DNA of 36,853 nt, from the UHGV virus genome UHGV-0090257. One strand, given 5' to 3'. This stretch comes from a virus. The notes beneath the pieces are model-generated. The model was not told where the DNA came from and ran no database searches. It was given only the letters and a program-made list of their open reading frames with translations. Below are positions 28,525 to 36,803 of the stretch, piece after piece. The translations under genes were made by a program, and so were the position numbers. Every line of letters begins with the position of its first letter. The stretch's first letter is position 1.

Positions 28525-28838
28525 ACCAAAGAGTAGTTGGCTTTGGGGTGACGTGAAGTGCAGCTGCACGACGGCAACCGGAAGATAAGCACCCGGCGCG
28601 TCACCGCCAAAGTCAATTCCATAGGCGTTATGCAGCCGCCACCATATTCAAGAAAGCTGCACAAGAGGTAGGAGGATTTATGTGAATACTTACATTCAAT
28701 TGAGAGATTAATTAAATAGAACTGATCGAGCAGAGTCCATGAAGGCTCATAAATGCTCTTCCATCCCCGTCTAATTGGCGGGGAAGGAAACCACTTTGTA
28801 ATAAAAAAAATTCCAAAGTTGTTTCATCGGAGGTCAAC

Positions 28839-29138
28839 ATGACAGTAGTCATTACATATCTGGCTGACGATAACGCCAGAAATCGCCGCAGAGCACGCAG
28901 ACAGGCTCAACGTGAACAGGCAATGCAAGAGCAGCGACTGGCGCGAAAAATTGCGCTAAAGCTCTCTGGTTGCGTCAGAGCAGATAAAGCAGCATCACTC
29001 GGAAGCCTTCGCAGCAAGAAGGCAGAAGAAGTCGAGCGTAAACAGAACCGTATTTACTACCGCAAGCCCCGCAGTGAAATGGGTGTGACATGTGTTGGTC
29101 GCCAGAAAATGAAATTAGGCAGCAAACCACTTATTTGA
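28839..29138 (+). CDS. N: N-type transcription antiterminator
   Basis: 99 aa; N-terminal arginine-rich motif NARNRRRARRQAQREQA; first gene downstream of pL/nutL; SD GGAGGT. Confidence 0.8.
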   Translation: MTVVITYLADDNARNRRRARRQAQREQAMQEQRLARKIALKLSGCVRADKAASLGSLRSKKAEEVERKQNRIYYRKPRSEMGVTCVGRQKMKLGSKPLI

Positions 29139-29146
29139 GGTGATAT

Positions 29147-29338
29147 ATGGAACGTAAATTTGAAATTTGGTTGGATTCCGGCGCAAACATTCATTCTTGC
29201 AAAAAGACAGTTGTAACACTCGGTGATCTTGGCTTATCCGAGAATGAGTGGGATGAAATGGATCGGGACGAAAAAGACGAAAACATGCGTGATGTAGCAT
29301 TTGAAACGCTTGATTGGGGATGGAAGGAAATTAAGTGA
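29147..29338 (+). CDS. Hypothetical protein (N-proximal accessory ORF)
   Basis: 63 aa acidic ORF in an AT-rich segment immediately after N. Confidence 0.5.
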   Translation: MERKFEIWLDSGANIHSCKKTVVTLGDLGLSENEWDEMDRDEKDENMRDVAFETLDWGWKEIK

Positions 29339-29386
29339 TGGCCGCATAGTCGGCCTTTATTTTTGGCATAAACAACAGAGGCCAAC

Positions 29387-29683
29387 ATGGAATTTAAAGG
29401 TACTGAAGGTAAGTGGGAAATAATGATGGATGGCGATGAGATTAAAATCATCCAGGCAGACTCACTTGAAAATGGCGCAGGCTGGCGTTCGTATATTGCA
29501 ATCTGTGAGGAAGTTCAATGCATTGAAGATGCCAATCTAATAGCGGCAGCACCTGACCTTCTCGAAGCACTTCAGTTATTACTTAAGCAAACCAAAAATA
29601 GAACAACGACAACATATCCAGAATGGTATGGAGCTGTTAATAAAGGTCTTGTGGCAATCAGAAAAGCTCTTGGGGAAGAATGA
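29387..29683 (+). CDS. Hypothetical protein (N-proximal accessory ORF)
   Basis: 98 aa ORF, AT-rich codon usage, no family recognised. Confidence 0.5.
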   Translation: MEFKGTEGKWEIMMDGDEIKIIQADSLENGAGWRSYIAICEEVQCIEDANLIAAAPDLLEALQLLLKQTKNRTTTTYPEWYGAVNKGLVAIRKALGEE

Positions 29684-29841
29684 TGAATAAGAAATACATT
29701 GTTGAAGTTATAGAGCGAGAAACAAAAGAAGTAATTAAACATTTCGAATTTGATAATTATAGAAAAGCTGATCGCGTAGAAGAAGGATTGTTGCGACAAA
29801 GTAATCTCGAAAAATTTGATGTTGTCATGCGATGCGAATAA
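29680..29841 (+). CDS. Small hypothetical protein
   Basis: 53 aa ORF read by hand (MMNKKYIVEVIERETKEVIKHFEFDNYRKADRVEEGLLRQSNLEKFDVVMRCE), ATGA overlap with the previous ORF, very AT-rich. Confidence 0.4.
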   Translation: MMNKKYIVEVIERETKEVIKHFEFDNYRKADRVEEGLLRQSNLEKFDVVMRCE

Positions 29842-29934
29842 GCACCTATAGCAGATTTACGAGTCTGCTATGTGAGCAATGTCGCTCGTAACTAAACAGG
29901 AGCCGACTTGTTCTGATTATTGGAAATCTTCTTT

Positions 29935-29961
29935 GCCCTCCAGTGTGAGGGCGATTTTTTA
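29935..29961 (+). terminator. Intrinsic terminator in the early-left operon (tL-like)
   Basis: GCCCTC-cagtgt-GAGGGC followed by GATTTTTTAT. Confidence 0.65.
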
Positions 29962-29980
29962 TCTATGAGGATATGAATAG

Positions 29981-30349
29981 ATGTCAAACATCAAAAAATA
30001 CATCATTGATTACGACTGGAAAGCATCAATAGAAATTGAAATCGATCATGACGTAATGACAGAGGAAAAACTTCACCAGATTAATAATTTCTGGTCAGAC
30101 TCTGAATACCGACTCAATAAACACGGCTCTGTATTAAATGCTGTATTAATCATGCTGGCGCAACATGCTCTGCTTGTAGCAATTTCAAGCGACTTAAATG
30201 CATATGGTGTTGTGTGTGAGTTCGACTGGAATGATGGAAATGGTCAGGAAGGATGGCCTCCAATGGATGGTAGCGAAGGAATAAGGATTACCGATATCGA
30301 TACATCAGGAATATTTGATTCAGATGATATGACTATCAAGGCCGCCTGA
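29981..30349 (+). CDS. Hypothetical protein
   Basis: 122 aa acidic ORF, followed by the hairpin GCCGC-ctgagt-GCGGC at 30341..30360. Confidence 0.55.
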   Translation: MSNIKKYIIDYDWKASIEIEIDHDVMTEEKLHQINNFWSDSEYRLNKHGSVLNAVLIMLAQHALLVAISSDLNAYGVVCEFDWNDGNGQEGWPPMDGSEGIRITDIDTSGIFDSDDMTIKAA

Positions 30350-30424
30350 GTGCGGCTTTACCGCATACCAATAACGCTTCATTCGAGGCGTTTTCGTTAT
30401 GCAATCAAATATAAGGAGTTACCC

Positions 30425-30559
30425 ATGATGCACTTTCAGCTCGCGGGTAGCGGCGTCATGTCCGCTTTCTACCCGCACGAATCTGAATTATCACGCCGAG
30501 TTAAACAATTAATCAGAGCAGCAAAGAAACAACTGGAGGCGTTATGCGCAATGAAATAG
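30425..30559 (+). CDS. cIII: CIII-like protease (FtsH) inhibitor
   Basis: 44 aa from the ATG at 30425 (SD AAGGAG); MMHFQLAGSGVMSAFYPHESELSRRVKQLIR resembles lambda CIII (MQYAIAGWPVAG..ESLLERITRKLR) in pattern and position. Confidence 0.6.
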   Translation: MMHFQLAGSGVMSAFYPHESELSRRVKQLIRAAKKQLEALCAMK

Positions 30560-30696
30560 CCATCAATCACCAGATGCTTCGTGCGGCACAAAACAAAGCA
30601 GTAATAGCCAGATTTATTGGTGATTCAAAAATGTGGCTTGAAGCAAATAAAGCGATGAAATCAGCTATCAACCTTCCGTGGTATCGCAGGAAATGA
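30544..30696 (+). CDS. Kil-like small protein
   Basis: 50 aa ORF read by hand; ...IARFIGDSKMWLEANKAMKSAI resembles the lambda Kil segment IATFIGDEKMFREAVDAYKK as remembered; lies immediately after cIII as in lambda. Confidence 0.45.
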   Translation: MRNEIAINHQMLRAAQNKAVIARFIGDSKMWLEANKAMKSAINLPWYRRK

Positions 30697-30800
30697 GTTT
30701 TACAGATAACTGGTCAGACGAAGAATTCATTCGTCAGATGAACAAAATGCTCAATCAGCACAAAGAACAGGAGAAAGATGATGATTCTGACTCTGAATGA
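30693..30800 (+). CDS. Very small acidic ORF
   Basis: 35 aa (MSFTDNWSDEEFIRQMNKMLNQHKEQEKDDDSDSE), overlaps both neighbouring ORFs; may not be expressed. Confidence 0.25.
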   Translation: MSFTDNWSDEEFIRQMNKMLNQHKEQEKDDDSDSE

Positions 30801-31089
30801 TAAGCGTGAAATATCGCAAATAATCGCAAGTTTTACTGATGAAGATTACGAACGAATCAACAGTGAAGTTGATCGCCTCTGCAAACGTTGCGACCCAATA
30901 AGCGAAATGCTTCGCTCATATAAACCAGATGAACACACTAAGGACGCTATCGACTGGCTGGAAGATGATGACTGTAACTATCAGGAAAAAGCCGCTGAAT
31001 GGTTCTGGGATGCAATAACCGAAAGAGTTAAGGCTGAATATGCCTTCGCAATATTCAAACGCAGACATATTTATGGAGAAGCTGCATGA
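30778..31089 (+). CDS. Hypothetical protein upstream of recT (Gam/Abc slot)
   Basis: 103 aa ORF, stop overlapping the recT start. Confidence 0.5.
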   Translation: MMILTLNDKREISQIIASFTDEDYERINSEVDRLCKRCDPISEMLRSYKPDEHTKDAIDWLEDDDCNYQEKAAEWFWDAITERVKAEYAFAIFKRRHIYGEAA

Positions 31090-31988
31090 GCAATATCGTT
31101 GAATTCGTTAAACAGCAAGAGCAGTTATTCTGCGGAGCATTGACTGAACAGACGGTGACATGGGCTAAGGAAAGCCAGTTTGCAATTCAGTATTTCCAGA
31201 AAAACGATTACCTGGCTAAAACAGCACTGGCAAATCCAACCAGCGCACAGAACGCCATTATCAATGTTGCGGCGATCGGCATCACCTTAAACCCGGCCAG
31301 CAAACTGGCTTATCTGGTTCCTCGCGAAGGCATGGTGTGCCTTGATATCAGTTACATGGGATTACTTCATCTTGCGCAATCGACAGGATCAATTAAGTGG
31401 GGGCAATGCAAACTGGTGTACTCAAACGACACCTATGAATCAAATGGCCTTGATTCAGCACCAACCCACAAATACAACGCATTTGGTGAGCGAGGCTCTA
31501 TTGTTGGAGGTTATTGCACGGTTAAAACAGCAGATGGTGACTACCTGACTGAAGAAATGAGTCTGGCAGAAATTAAAGCAGTTGAAGCAACGAGCAAGGC
31601 AAAGAATGGACCGTGGAAAACATTCTGGGAAGAGATGGCGCGTAAAACAATAGTTAAACGCGCCAGCAAATACTGGCCTAAAGCCCAGCGACTGGATAAT
31701 GCCATTCACCTGCTTAACGAAGATGAAGGTATGCATCAGGAACCAGTTATGCCGCACAAATCAGAGGAAGATATCCGCGAAGATGAACGGAAACGCCAGC
31801 AGGAAATAATGGATAAAGCACAACTTCTTTGCGATGAAATGGCTCAGGCAGAAAACATGGACGATTTGAAGCGATATTTTGCAGAAGCATATCGCCTGAC
31901 ATCTGGAATGAAATTGCAGCAGAACGTACAAGCCATTTACATAGAATGCAAAGCGAAACTGGAGGTTGCCAGTGAGCAAACTGTATGA
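31086..31988 (+). CDS. recT: RecT-family single-strand annealing protein
   Basis: 300 aa; NGPWKTFWEEMARKTIVKRASKYWP matches the conserved RecT core (NGPW..HWEEMAKKTA.RRL.KYLP) as remembered. Confidence 0.85.
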   Translation: MSNIVEFVKQQEQLFCGALTEQTVTWAKESQFAIQYFQKNDYLAKTALANPTSAQNAIINVAAIGITLNPASKLAYLVPREGMVCLDISYMGLLHLAQSTGSIKWGQCKLVYSNDTYESNGLDSAPTHKYNAFGERGSIVGGYCTVKTADGDYLTEEMSLAEIKAVEATSKAKNGPWKTFWEEMARKTIVKRASKYWPKAQRLDNAIHLLNEDEGMHQEPVMPHKSEEDIREDERKRQQEIMDKAQLLCDEMAQAENMDDLKRYFAEAYRLTSGMKLQQNVQAIYIECKAKLEVASEQTV

Positions 31989-32454
31989 AATTGCCAATGA
32001 ATACGCAAAATTGATGGATTCAGATTTAGAACCAGAGATGATTGCTGACACAATAGAAGGCATGGAAGGAGAATTTACCGATAAAATAGAGCAACTTCTT
32101 GCCATTATTAAAAATGAATCTGGTTATGCTGAACGCCTCAAGGAAGAGGCAAAGTCACTAAATGAGCGAGCCGCAGTAATTCAAAACAAGATTGACAGCA
32201 TTATGGCGTATATAGCGTCATCGCTTGAAATGGTTGGCAAGAAAAAGATTCGAGCAGGTATTCACCAGGTAACAATCCGCAAACCGTCAGAAACTGTAGA
32301 AATCATCGACTCAAGCGCCCTTCCTCCTGAATACGTTGAGTTTGAAACGACAATTAAAGCCGACAAACTGGCAATCAAACACCAACTAAAAGCAGGAATA
32401 AATATCCCCGGCGCTCAACTCAAAGTTGGGAAACCTTCACTTCTTATCAAATAA
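31972..32454 (+). CDS. Gp157-like protein commonly paired with phage recombinases
   Basis: About 160 aa; probable GTG start at 31972 with SD GGAGG; N-terminal SKLYEIANEYAKLMD pattern; the assignment is from memory and tentative. Confidence 0.5.
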   Translation: MSKLYEIANEYAKLMDSDLEPEMIADTIEGMEGEFTDKIEQLLAIIKNESGYAERLKEEAKSLNERAAVIQNKIDSIMAYIASSLEMVGKKKIRAGIHQVTIRKPSETVEIIDSSALPPEYVEFETTIKADKLAIKHQLKAGINIPGAQLKVGKPSLLIK

Positions 32455-32465
32455 CGGTATCGCCT

Positions 32466-32780
32466 ATGAAAAAGACTCCATGGGAGAAATGGGAGGTCGA
32501 TTTCTTGCGCGAAGTGGCGGCGACAATGCCAGTTGAAGTTATCGCTGAAAAACTGGAAAGGACTGAAAAAGCAGTAATGGCGAAAGCAACAAGGATTGGA
32601 GCTGACATTGTTAGCCGACTTCGTGGAAGACGCTGGACAAGAGCCGAAGTATCACTTTTCGGTAAGTTCTCCGCAGAAGAAATAGCAATTGCAACCTGCC
32701 GCTCAATTTATTCAGTAAGAGCTATGCGATACAAGCTAAAAAAACTCGATGAAGAAAGAGCAGGCATACGAATAAATTAA
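32466..32780 (+). CDS. Hypothetical protein
   Basis: 104 aa basic ORF. Confidence 0.5.
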   Translation: MKKTPWEKWEVDFLREVAATMPVEVIAEKLERTEKAVMAKATRIGADIVSRLRGRRWTRAEVSLFGKFSAEEIAIATCRSIYSVRAMRYKLKKLDEERAGIRIN

Positions 32781-32796
32781 CATGGAGTAATTAACA

Positions 32797-33078
32797 ATGA
32801 AGCTAAACATCGACCTCGGAAAATACGTTATTACCGGAACTAAACACGATCTGATTCTTAGCGAAAGAGGAATTATCAAAGAAGGTGAGAATGCAGGGAA
32901 AGAAACACTAAGCCGTATCGGTTATTACAGCAAGTTTGAGCATCTGGTCAAAGAGTTATGCAACCGTGAAATCCTGTTATCTCAGGCGCAGACGCTACAG
33001 GATATTCAGCAGCATATCGAGACTTTAGGTGTATCACTTAGCATGGCTGTTGACCAGTTCATGGAGAGTAAATCATGA
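32797..33078 (+). CDS. Hypothetical protein
   Basis: 93 aa ORF. Confidence 0.5.
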   Translation: MKLNIDLGKYVITGTKHDLILSERGIIKEGENAGKETLSRIGYYSKFEHLVKELCNREILLSQAQTLQDIQQHIETLGVSLSMAVDQFMESKS

Positions 33079-33239
33079 GAGGACTTGCATACAATCCCGG
33101 CATTCTTCCGGCAGAAATGATTATTCGCCAACGCGTAAAGCCAATGCCATCGAGAGAGGAATTGCTTAAGAGAAATTCTTTTCCATCAGTGAATCAAAAC
33201 AAATATCTGAATGCGATGTTGCGGAGTGGGAAGAAATGA
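33075..33239 (+). CDS. Small hypothetical protein
   Basis: 54 aa ORF read by hand ([54 protein letters not shown]), ATGA overlaps at both ends. Confidence 0.35.
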   Translation: MRGLAYNPGILPAEMIIRQRVKPMPSREELLKRNSFPSVNQNKYLNAMLRSGKK

Positions 33240-33712
33240 AACAAATGTCACTAATTGAGATGGATGGATTTCTGAAAGGTAAATGCATCCCAAGTGATTT
33301 AAAGGTTAACGAAACAAACGCTGAATATCTGGTGCGTAAGTTCGGTGAGCTTGAATCAAAACTGGAAACGGCGTTGCGGGAGTGTCGTTCTGCTGGAATC
33401 ACGATTGATAACCTTGAGGCTAAATGCGCGAAGATGGCTGCAGAAAATACCTCGCTTAAGCAATCTGAGAAGGAATTTAATGACTTTTGTCGTGAGGAGT
33501 TTAGCGAATGGGAAGATGATGTTACTGAAACCACAGCCACCGATGCTTTCCTGGCTGAAGTACGGGCGCAGGGCGTGGATATGGCTCGTAACGCGATGAT
33601 TGATTTTGTCGATGGTGAAGTTGGGCCAAACAAGAACGTTCCGGGGCTGATTAGAGGCGCAGAGATATGCGTAAGTATTGCTGAACAGCTTCGCAAAGGA
33701 GGCAACCAGTGA
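33236..33712 (+). CDS. Hypothetical protein
   Basis: 158 aa acidic ORF with coiled-coil character. Confidence 0.55.
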   Translation: MKQMSLIEMDGFLKGKCIPSDLKVNETNAEYLVRKFGELESKLETALRECRSAGITIDNLEAKCAKMAAENTSLKQSEKEFNDFCREEFSEWEDDVTETTATDAFLAEVRAQGVDMARNAMIDFVDGEVGPNKNVPGLIRGAEICVSIAEQLRKGGNQ

Positions 33713-33942
33713 CTGTATGTCTTATTGATAAACGTCGACGTGGACAACAAATACCATCTGTTGAAATGCCGAATCACACATGGTTTTGCGTACTTGATAT
33801 CGATGGTATGGATACGTTGATCGACACTCGTCATTACTGCGATACCGCAACAGCTACTCCTGCAAAAGCAAAGAAAATGGCTGCTCTGATAGAAAACTGG
33901 ACTCCACCTGATGGTTGGTGCAATGGGAATGATCGAGATTAG
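33709..33942 (+). CDS. Hypothetical protein
   Basis: 77 aa ORF, overlaps the previous stop. Confidence 0.5.
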   Translation: MTVCLIDKRRRGQQIPSVEMPNHTWFCVLDIDGMDTLIDTRHYCDTATATPAKAKKMAALIENWTPPDGWCNGNDRD

Positions 33943-34009
33943 CACGAAAAAATGAAGGGCTATATCTGCGATTTTTTACGTAAATGCAACGGCTTCAGGG
34001 TGATGTGAC

Positions 34010-34693
34010 ATGAGCAAGATTGACTATCAGGCACTGCGTGAAAAGGCAGAGAAAGCAACGTGTGGTGTGTGGTCGCTCGAATATGGAGAGGGCCGATTTG
34101 ATGGTGATGATGCACTAATTCATCGCGAGGCTGCTGGGTATATTCCCATTTGCAGAATTGAAGGAGCGCATCCAGAAAGCGGTTTCGATGAAGATTTCCA
34201 AATGGAACAGCAGGCCAATGCTGAATTCATCGCCGCAGCCAGTCCAGCTACCGTGCTGGCGCTGCTGGATGAACGGGAAAGAAACCAGCAATACATCAAA
34301 CGCCGCGACCAGGAGAACGAGGATATTGCGCTAACAGTAGGGAAACTGCGTGTTGAGCTTGAAACAGCAAAATCAAAACTCAACGAGCAGCGTGAGTATT
34401 ACGAAGGTGTTATCTCGGATGGGAGTAAGCGTATTGCTAAACTGGAAAGCAACGAAGTCCGTGAAAACGGAAACCAGTTTCTTGTTGTTCGCCATCCTGG
34501 GAAGACTCCTGTTATCAAGCACTGCACTGGTGACCTGGAAGAGTTTCTGCGGCAGTTAATCGAACAAGACCCGTTAGTAACTATCGACATCATTACGCAT
34601 CGCTATTACGGGGTTGGAGGTCAATGGGTTCAGGATGCAGGTGAGTATCTGCATATGATGTCTGACGCTGGCATTCGCATCAAAGGAGAGTGA
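34010..34693 (+). CDS. Ead/Ea22-like protein
   Basis: 227 aa; the segment ANAEFIAAASPATVLALLDERERNQ is the motif remembered from the Ead/Ea22 family of lambdoid early-left proteins. Confidence 0.6.
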   Translation: MSKIDYQALREKAEKATCGVWSLEYGEGRFDGDDALIHREAAGYIPICRIEGAHPESGFDEDFQMEQQANAEFIAAASPATVLALLDERERNQQYIKRRDQENEDIALTVGKLRVELETAKSKLNEQREYYEGVISDGSKRIAKLESNEVRENGNQFLVVRHPGKTPVIKHCTGDLEEFLRQLIEQDPLVTIDIITHRYYGVGGQWVQDAGEYLHMMSDAGIRIKGE

Positions 34694-34884
34694 GATCGGT
34701 TTTGTAAAAGATAACGCTTGTGAAAATGCTGAATTTCGCGTCGTCTTCACAGCGATGCCAGAGTCTGTAGTGTCAGATGATGACCGTACTCAAACATCGG
34801 GTTGAGTATTATCTTACTGTTTCTTTACATAAACATTGCTGATACCGTTTAGCTGAAACGGCATACATTGCAAGGAGTTTATAA

Positions 34885-35166
34885 ATGCGTATCAATGAGT
34901 TAGAGTCTGAGCAAAAAGATTGGGCGTTATCAATGTTGTGCAGATCCGGTGTCTTGTCTCCATGCAGACATCACGAAGGTGTTTATGTAGATGAAGGTAT
35001 AGATATAGAGTCGGCATACAAATATTCCATGAAGGTTTATAAGTCTAATGAAGACAAATCCCCATTCTGCAATGTGCGAGAAATGACTGATACCGTGCAA
35101 AATTATTATCACGAGTACGGTGGAAACGATACTTGCCCTCTCTGTACAAAACATATAGATGATTAA
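34885..35166 (+). CDS. Hypothetical Cys/His-containing small protein
   Basis: 93 aa; SD AAGGAG; contains C...SPC.HH...C...CPLC, which could be a small zinc-binding fold. Confidence 0.5.
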   Translation: MRINELESEQKDWALSMLCRSGVLSPCRHHEGVYVDEGIDIESAYKYSMKVYKSNEDKSPFCNVREMTDTVQNYYHEYGGNDTCPLCTKHIDD

Positions 35167-35189
35167 ACCAAATATTACATAACAATCCT

Positions 35190-35248
35190 CGCACTCGCGG
35201 GGATTTCTTTTATCTGAACTCGCTACGGCGAGTTTTGTTTTATGGAGA
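35190..35248 (+). terminator. Tandem intrinsic terminators
   Basis: ATCCTCGC-actc-GCGGGGAT followed by TTCTTTTAT, then AACTCGC-tacg-GCGAGTT followed by TTGTTTTAT. Confidence 0.6.
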
Positions 35249-35254
35249 TGATAA

Positions 35255-35422
35255 ATGCACTTCCGAGTCACAGGTGAATGGAATGGAGAACCATTCAACA
35301 GAGTTATCGAAGCAGAGGACATCAACGACTGCTATGCCCACTGGATGCTGTGGGCGCAGATAGCACATGCAGACGTAACCAATATTCGAATTGAAGAACT
35401 GAAAGAACACCAAGCCGCCTGA
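35255..35422 (+). CDS. Small hypothetical protein between terminators
   Basis: 55 aa ORF read by hand (MHFRVTGEWNGEPFNRVIEAEDINDCYAHWMLWAQIAHADVTNIRIEELKEHQAA). Confidence 0.35.
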   Translation: MHFRVTGEWNGEPFNRVIEAEDINDCYAHWMLWAQIAHADVTNIRIEELKEHQAA

Positions 35423-35436
35423 TGGCGGTTTCTTTT
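35411..35436 (+). terminator. Intrinsic terminator upstream of xis
   Basis: GCCGCC-tgat-GGCGG followed by TTTCTTTTT. Confidence 0.55.
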
Positions 35437-35452
35437 TGCCTGGAGAATTAAG

Positions 35453-35644
35453 ATGACCGATACCAGCCTGATTCCTGAGAAAGAAGTGATGAACAAGCTC
35501 GGTGTTTCATCACGTCAGACAATCTGGAACTATACCAAACGGCACGGATTTCCGAAGCCAGTCAGAACCCACCCCAAATCATACCTTCGTGAAGCTGTTG
35601 AAGGGTGGATTCTTAACGGTGGCGTTAATCAGAAATGCTCCTGA
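35453..35644 (+). CDS. xis: AlpA-family excisionase / transcriptional regulator
   Basis: 63 aa; LGVSSRQTIWNYTKRHGFPKPV matches the AlpA-type HTH pattern (...STIYRLIKEGKFPKPV) as remembered; adjacent and convergent to the integrase. Confidence 0.7.
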   Translation: MTDTSLIPEKEVMNKLGVSSRQTIWNYTKRHGFPKPVRTHPKSYLREAVEGWILNGGVNQKCS

Positions 35645-36803
35645 TGTGCCAGAACAATTTATCAGCGTGAAGCTCATACGCTTTGCGCTGAGCCTCTATC
35701 CAATCGTGTTTATTGTATACGGACATTATCCCGCCAAGTTCATGACCGAGCATTCGCTCAGTAACATGAGGCTCGACATTCATCTCGGACAGACGTGTAA
35801 CAAGCGTTCTTCTGAAATCATGTGTTCGCCAGTAACCTATATCCATCCCTCCCCTTATTCTATTTACGAATCGGTTGGCTGCAGCGATGCTGATCGGTTT
35901 GTTTATGTCTTCTCCAGGGAAAAGAACATCATTGTACGTTGTCATGGCCTTATCGAGGAAAGGCTTAATTTGTTCGAAGATTGGACGGCGGATAACATTA
36001 CCCATCTTGCTATGCTCTTTCGGTACGGTCCATACGTTGTCCAGCAGGTCAAATTCTGTCTTTGTTGCCAGCCTAAGCTCTGAGAGCCTCGCCCCCCACA
36101 GCATAAGCATCTGATGAAGTAGCTTATTTGACGTAGACGCACGGCTTCTTTCAATAGCAAGCCAAATCTTAGCCAGTTCGTGATACGACAGTACCCGATC
36201 CCCTACCTCAGCGCGGGAGCCGAAGTCCCTTGGTTGGATGCTCATAATTGCGCAACTATCTATCAACTGACGCCGCATGCACCAACTTATTGCTGATCTT
36301 AGTTGACTTAGCACCTGCCTTGCTCGGCGTGGATTATCTCTTTCTTCTTCGGTAAGCAGGTCAACCCATTGCTTAACCGTGATAGAAGATGCCGGACGAT
36401 TAGGAAAGGCGTCATGCATGCGCTTCATAACCGTTGATCGGTAAAGTGCCTGGGTCTTTTCTCTGAGAGTTGTAGAGACGTAGTTGTCGAACCAGTAGTC
36501 GAGACACTGGGCGACCGTCATGGAGTTCTCCACCTTCTCTTCAAAATAGGTGCGTGGATCCGTTCCTGAGAAATAGAGCTTTCGCAAGTCAGCAGTGATC
36601 TGTCTGGCATCCTTCAAAGACAGGGATGGGTATCGACCAAGCCCAAGTCGATTAGGCTTGCCATGCCAGCGATAGCGGTACTGGAACTGGATGACCCCCT
36701 TCGGTGAAATTCGTACGCTGAGGCCATCGGCATCAGCCACTTCTTGTGGGCCCGAATATGGTTTACCATAAATAGTACGCAGTTTTGTGTCGCTTATAGC
36801 CAT
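35625..36803 (-). CDS. int: Tyrosine recombinase (P4-type phage integrase)
   Basis: 392 aa; N-terminal arm-binding type domain (GLSVRISPKGVIQFQYRYRWHGK), catalytic-region motifs HDFRRT and MLGH, and a tyrosine in SVYNKHD. Confidence 0.9.
   Translation of the reverse strand: MAISDTKLRTIYGKPYSGPQEVADADGLSVRISPKGVIQFQYRYRWHGKPNRLGLGRYPSLSLKDARQITADLRKLYFSGTDPRTYFEEKVENSMTVAQCLDYWFDNYVSTTLREKTQALYRSTVMKRMHDAFPNRPASSITVKQWVDLLTEEERDNPRRARQVLSQLRSAISWCMRRQLIDSCAIMSIQPRDFGSRAEVGDRVLSYHELAKIWLAIERSRASTSNKLLHQMLMLWGARLSELRLATKTEFDLLDNVWTVPKEHSKMGNVIRRPIFEQIKPFLDKAMTTYNDVLFPGEDINKPISIAAANRFVNRIRGGMDIGYWRTHDFRRTLVTRLSEMNVEPHVTERMLGHELGGIMSVYNKHDWIEAQRKAYELHADKLFWHIRSISD

Noticed and set aside
28359-28664. 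ORFs of 65 aa (plus strand, 28359..28556) and 84 aa (minus strand, 28410..28664) in the OL-nutL region
   Set aside because: They overlap the operators, pL and the nutL boxA/boxB elements; a regulatory rather than coding region.
33166-33945. 259-aa minus-strand ORF
   Set aside because: Antisense to three tightly packed plus-strand ORFs with proper start contexts; its translation is serine-rich and low-complexity, typical of a shadow ORF.
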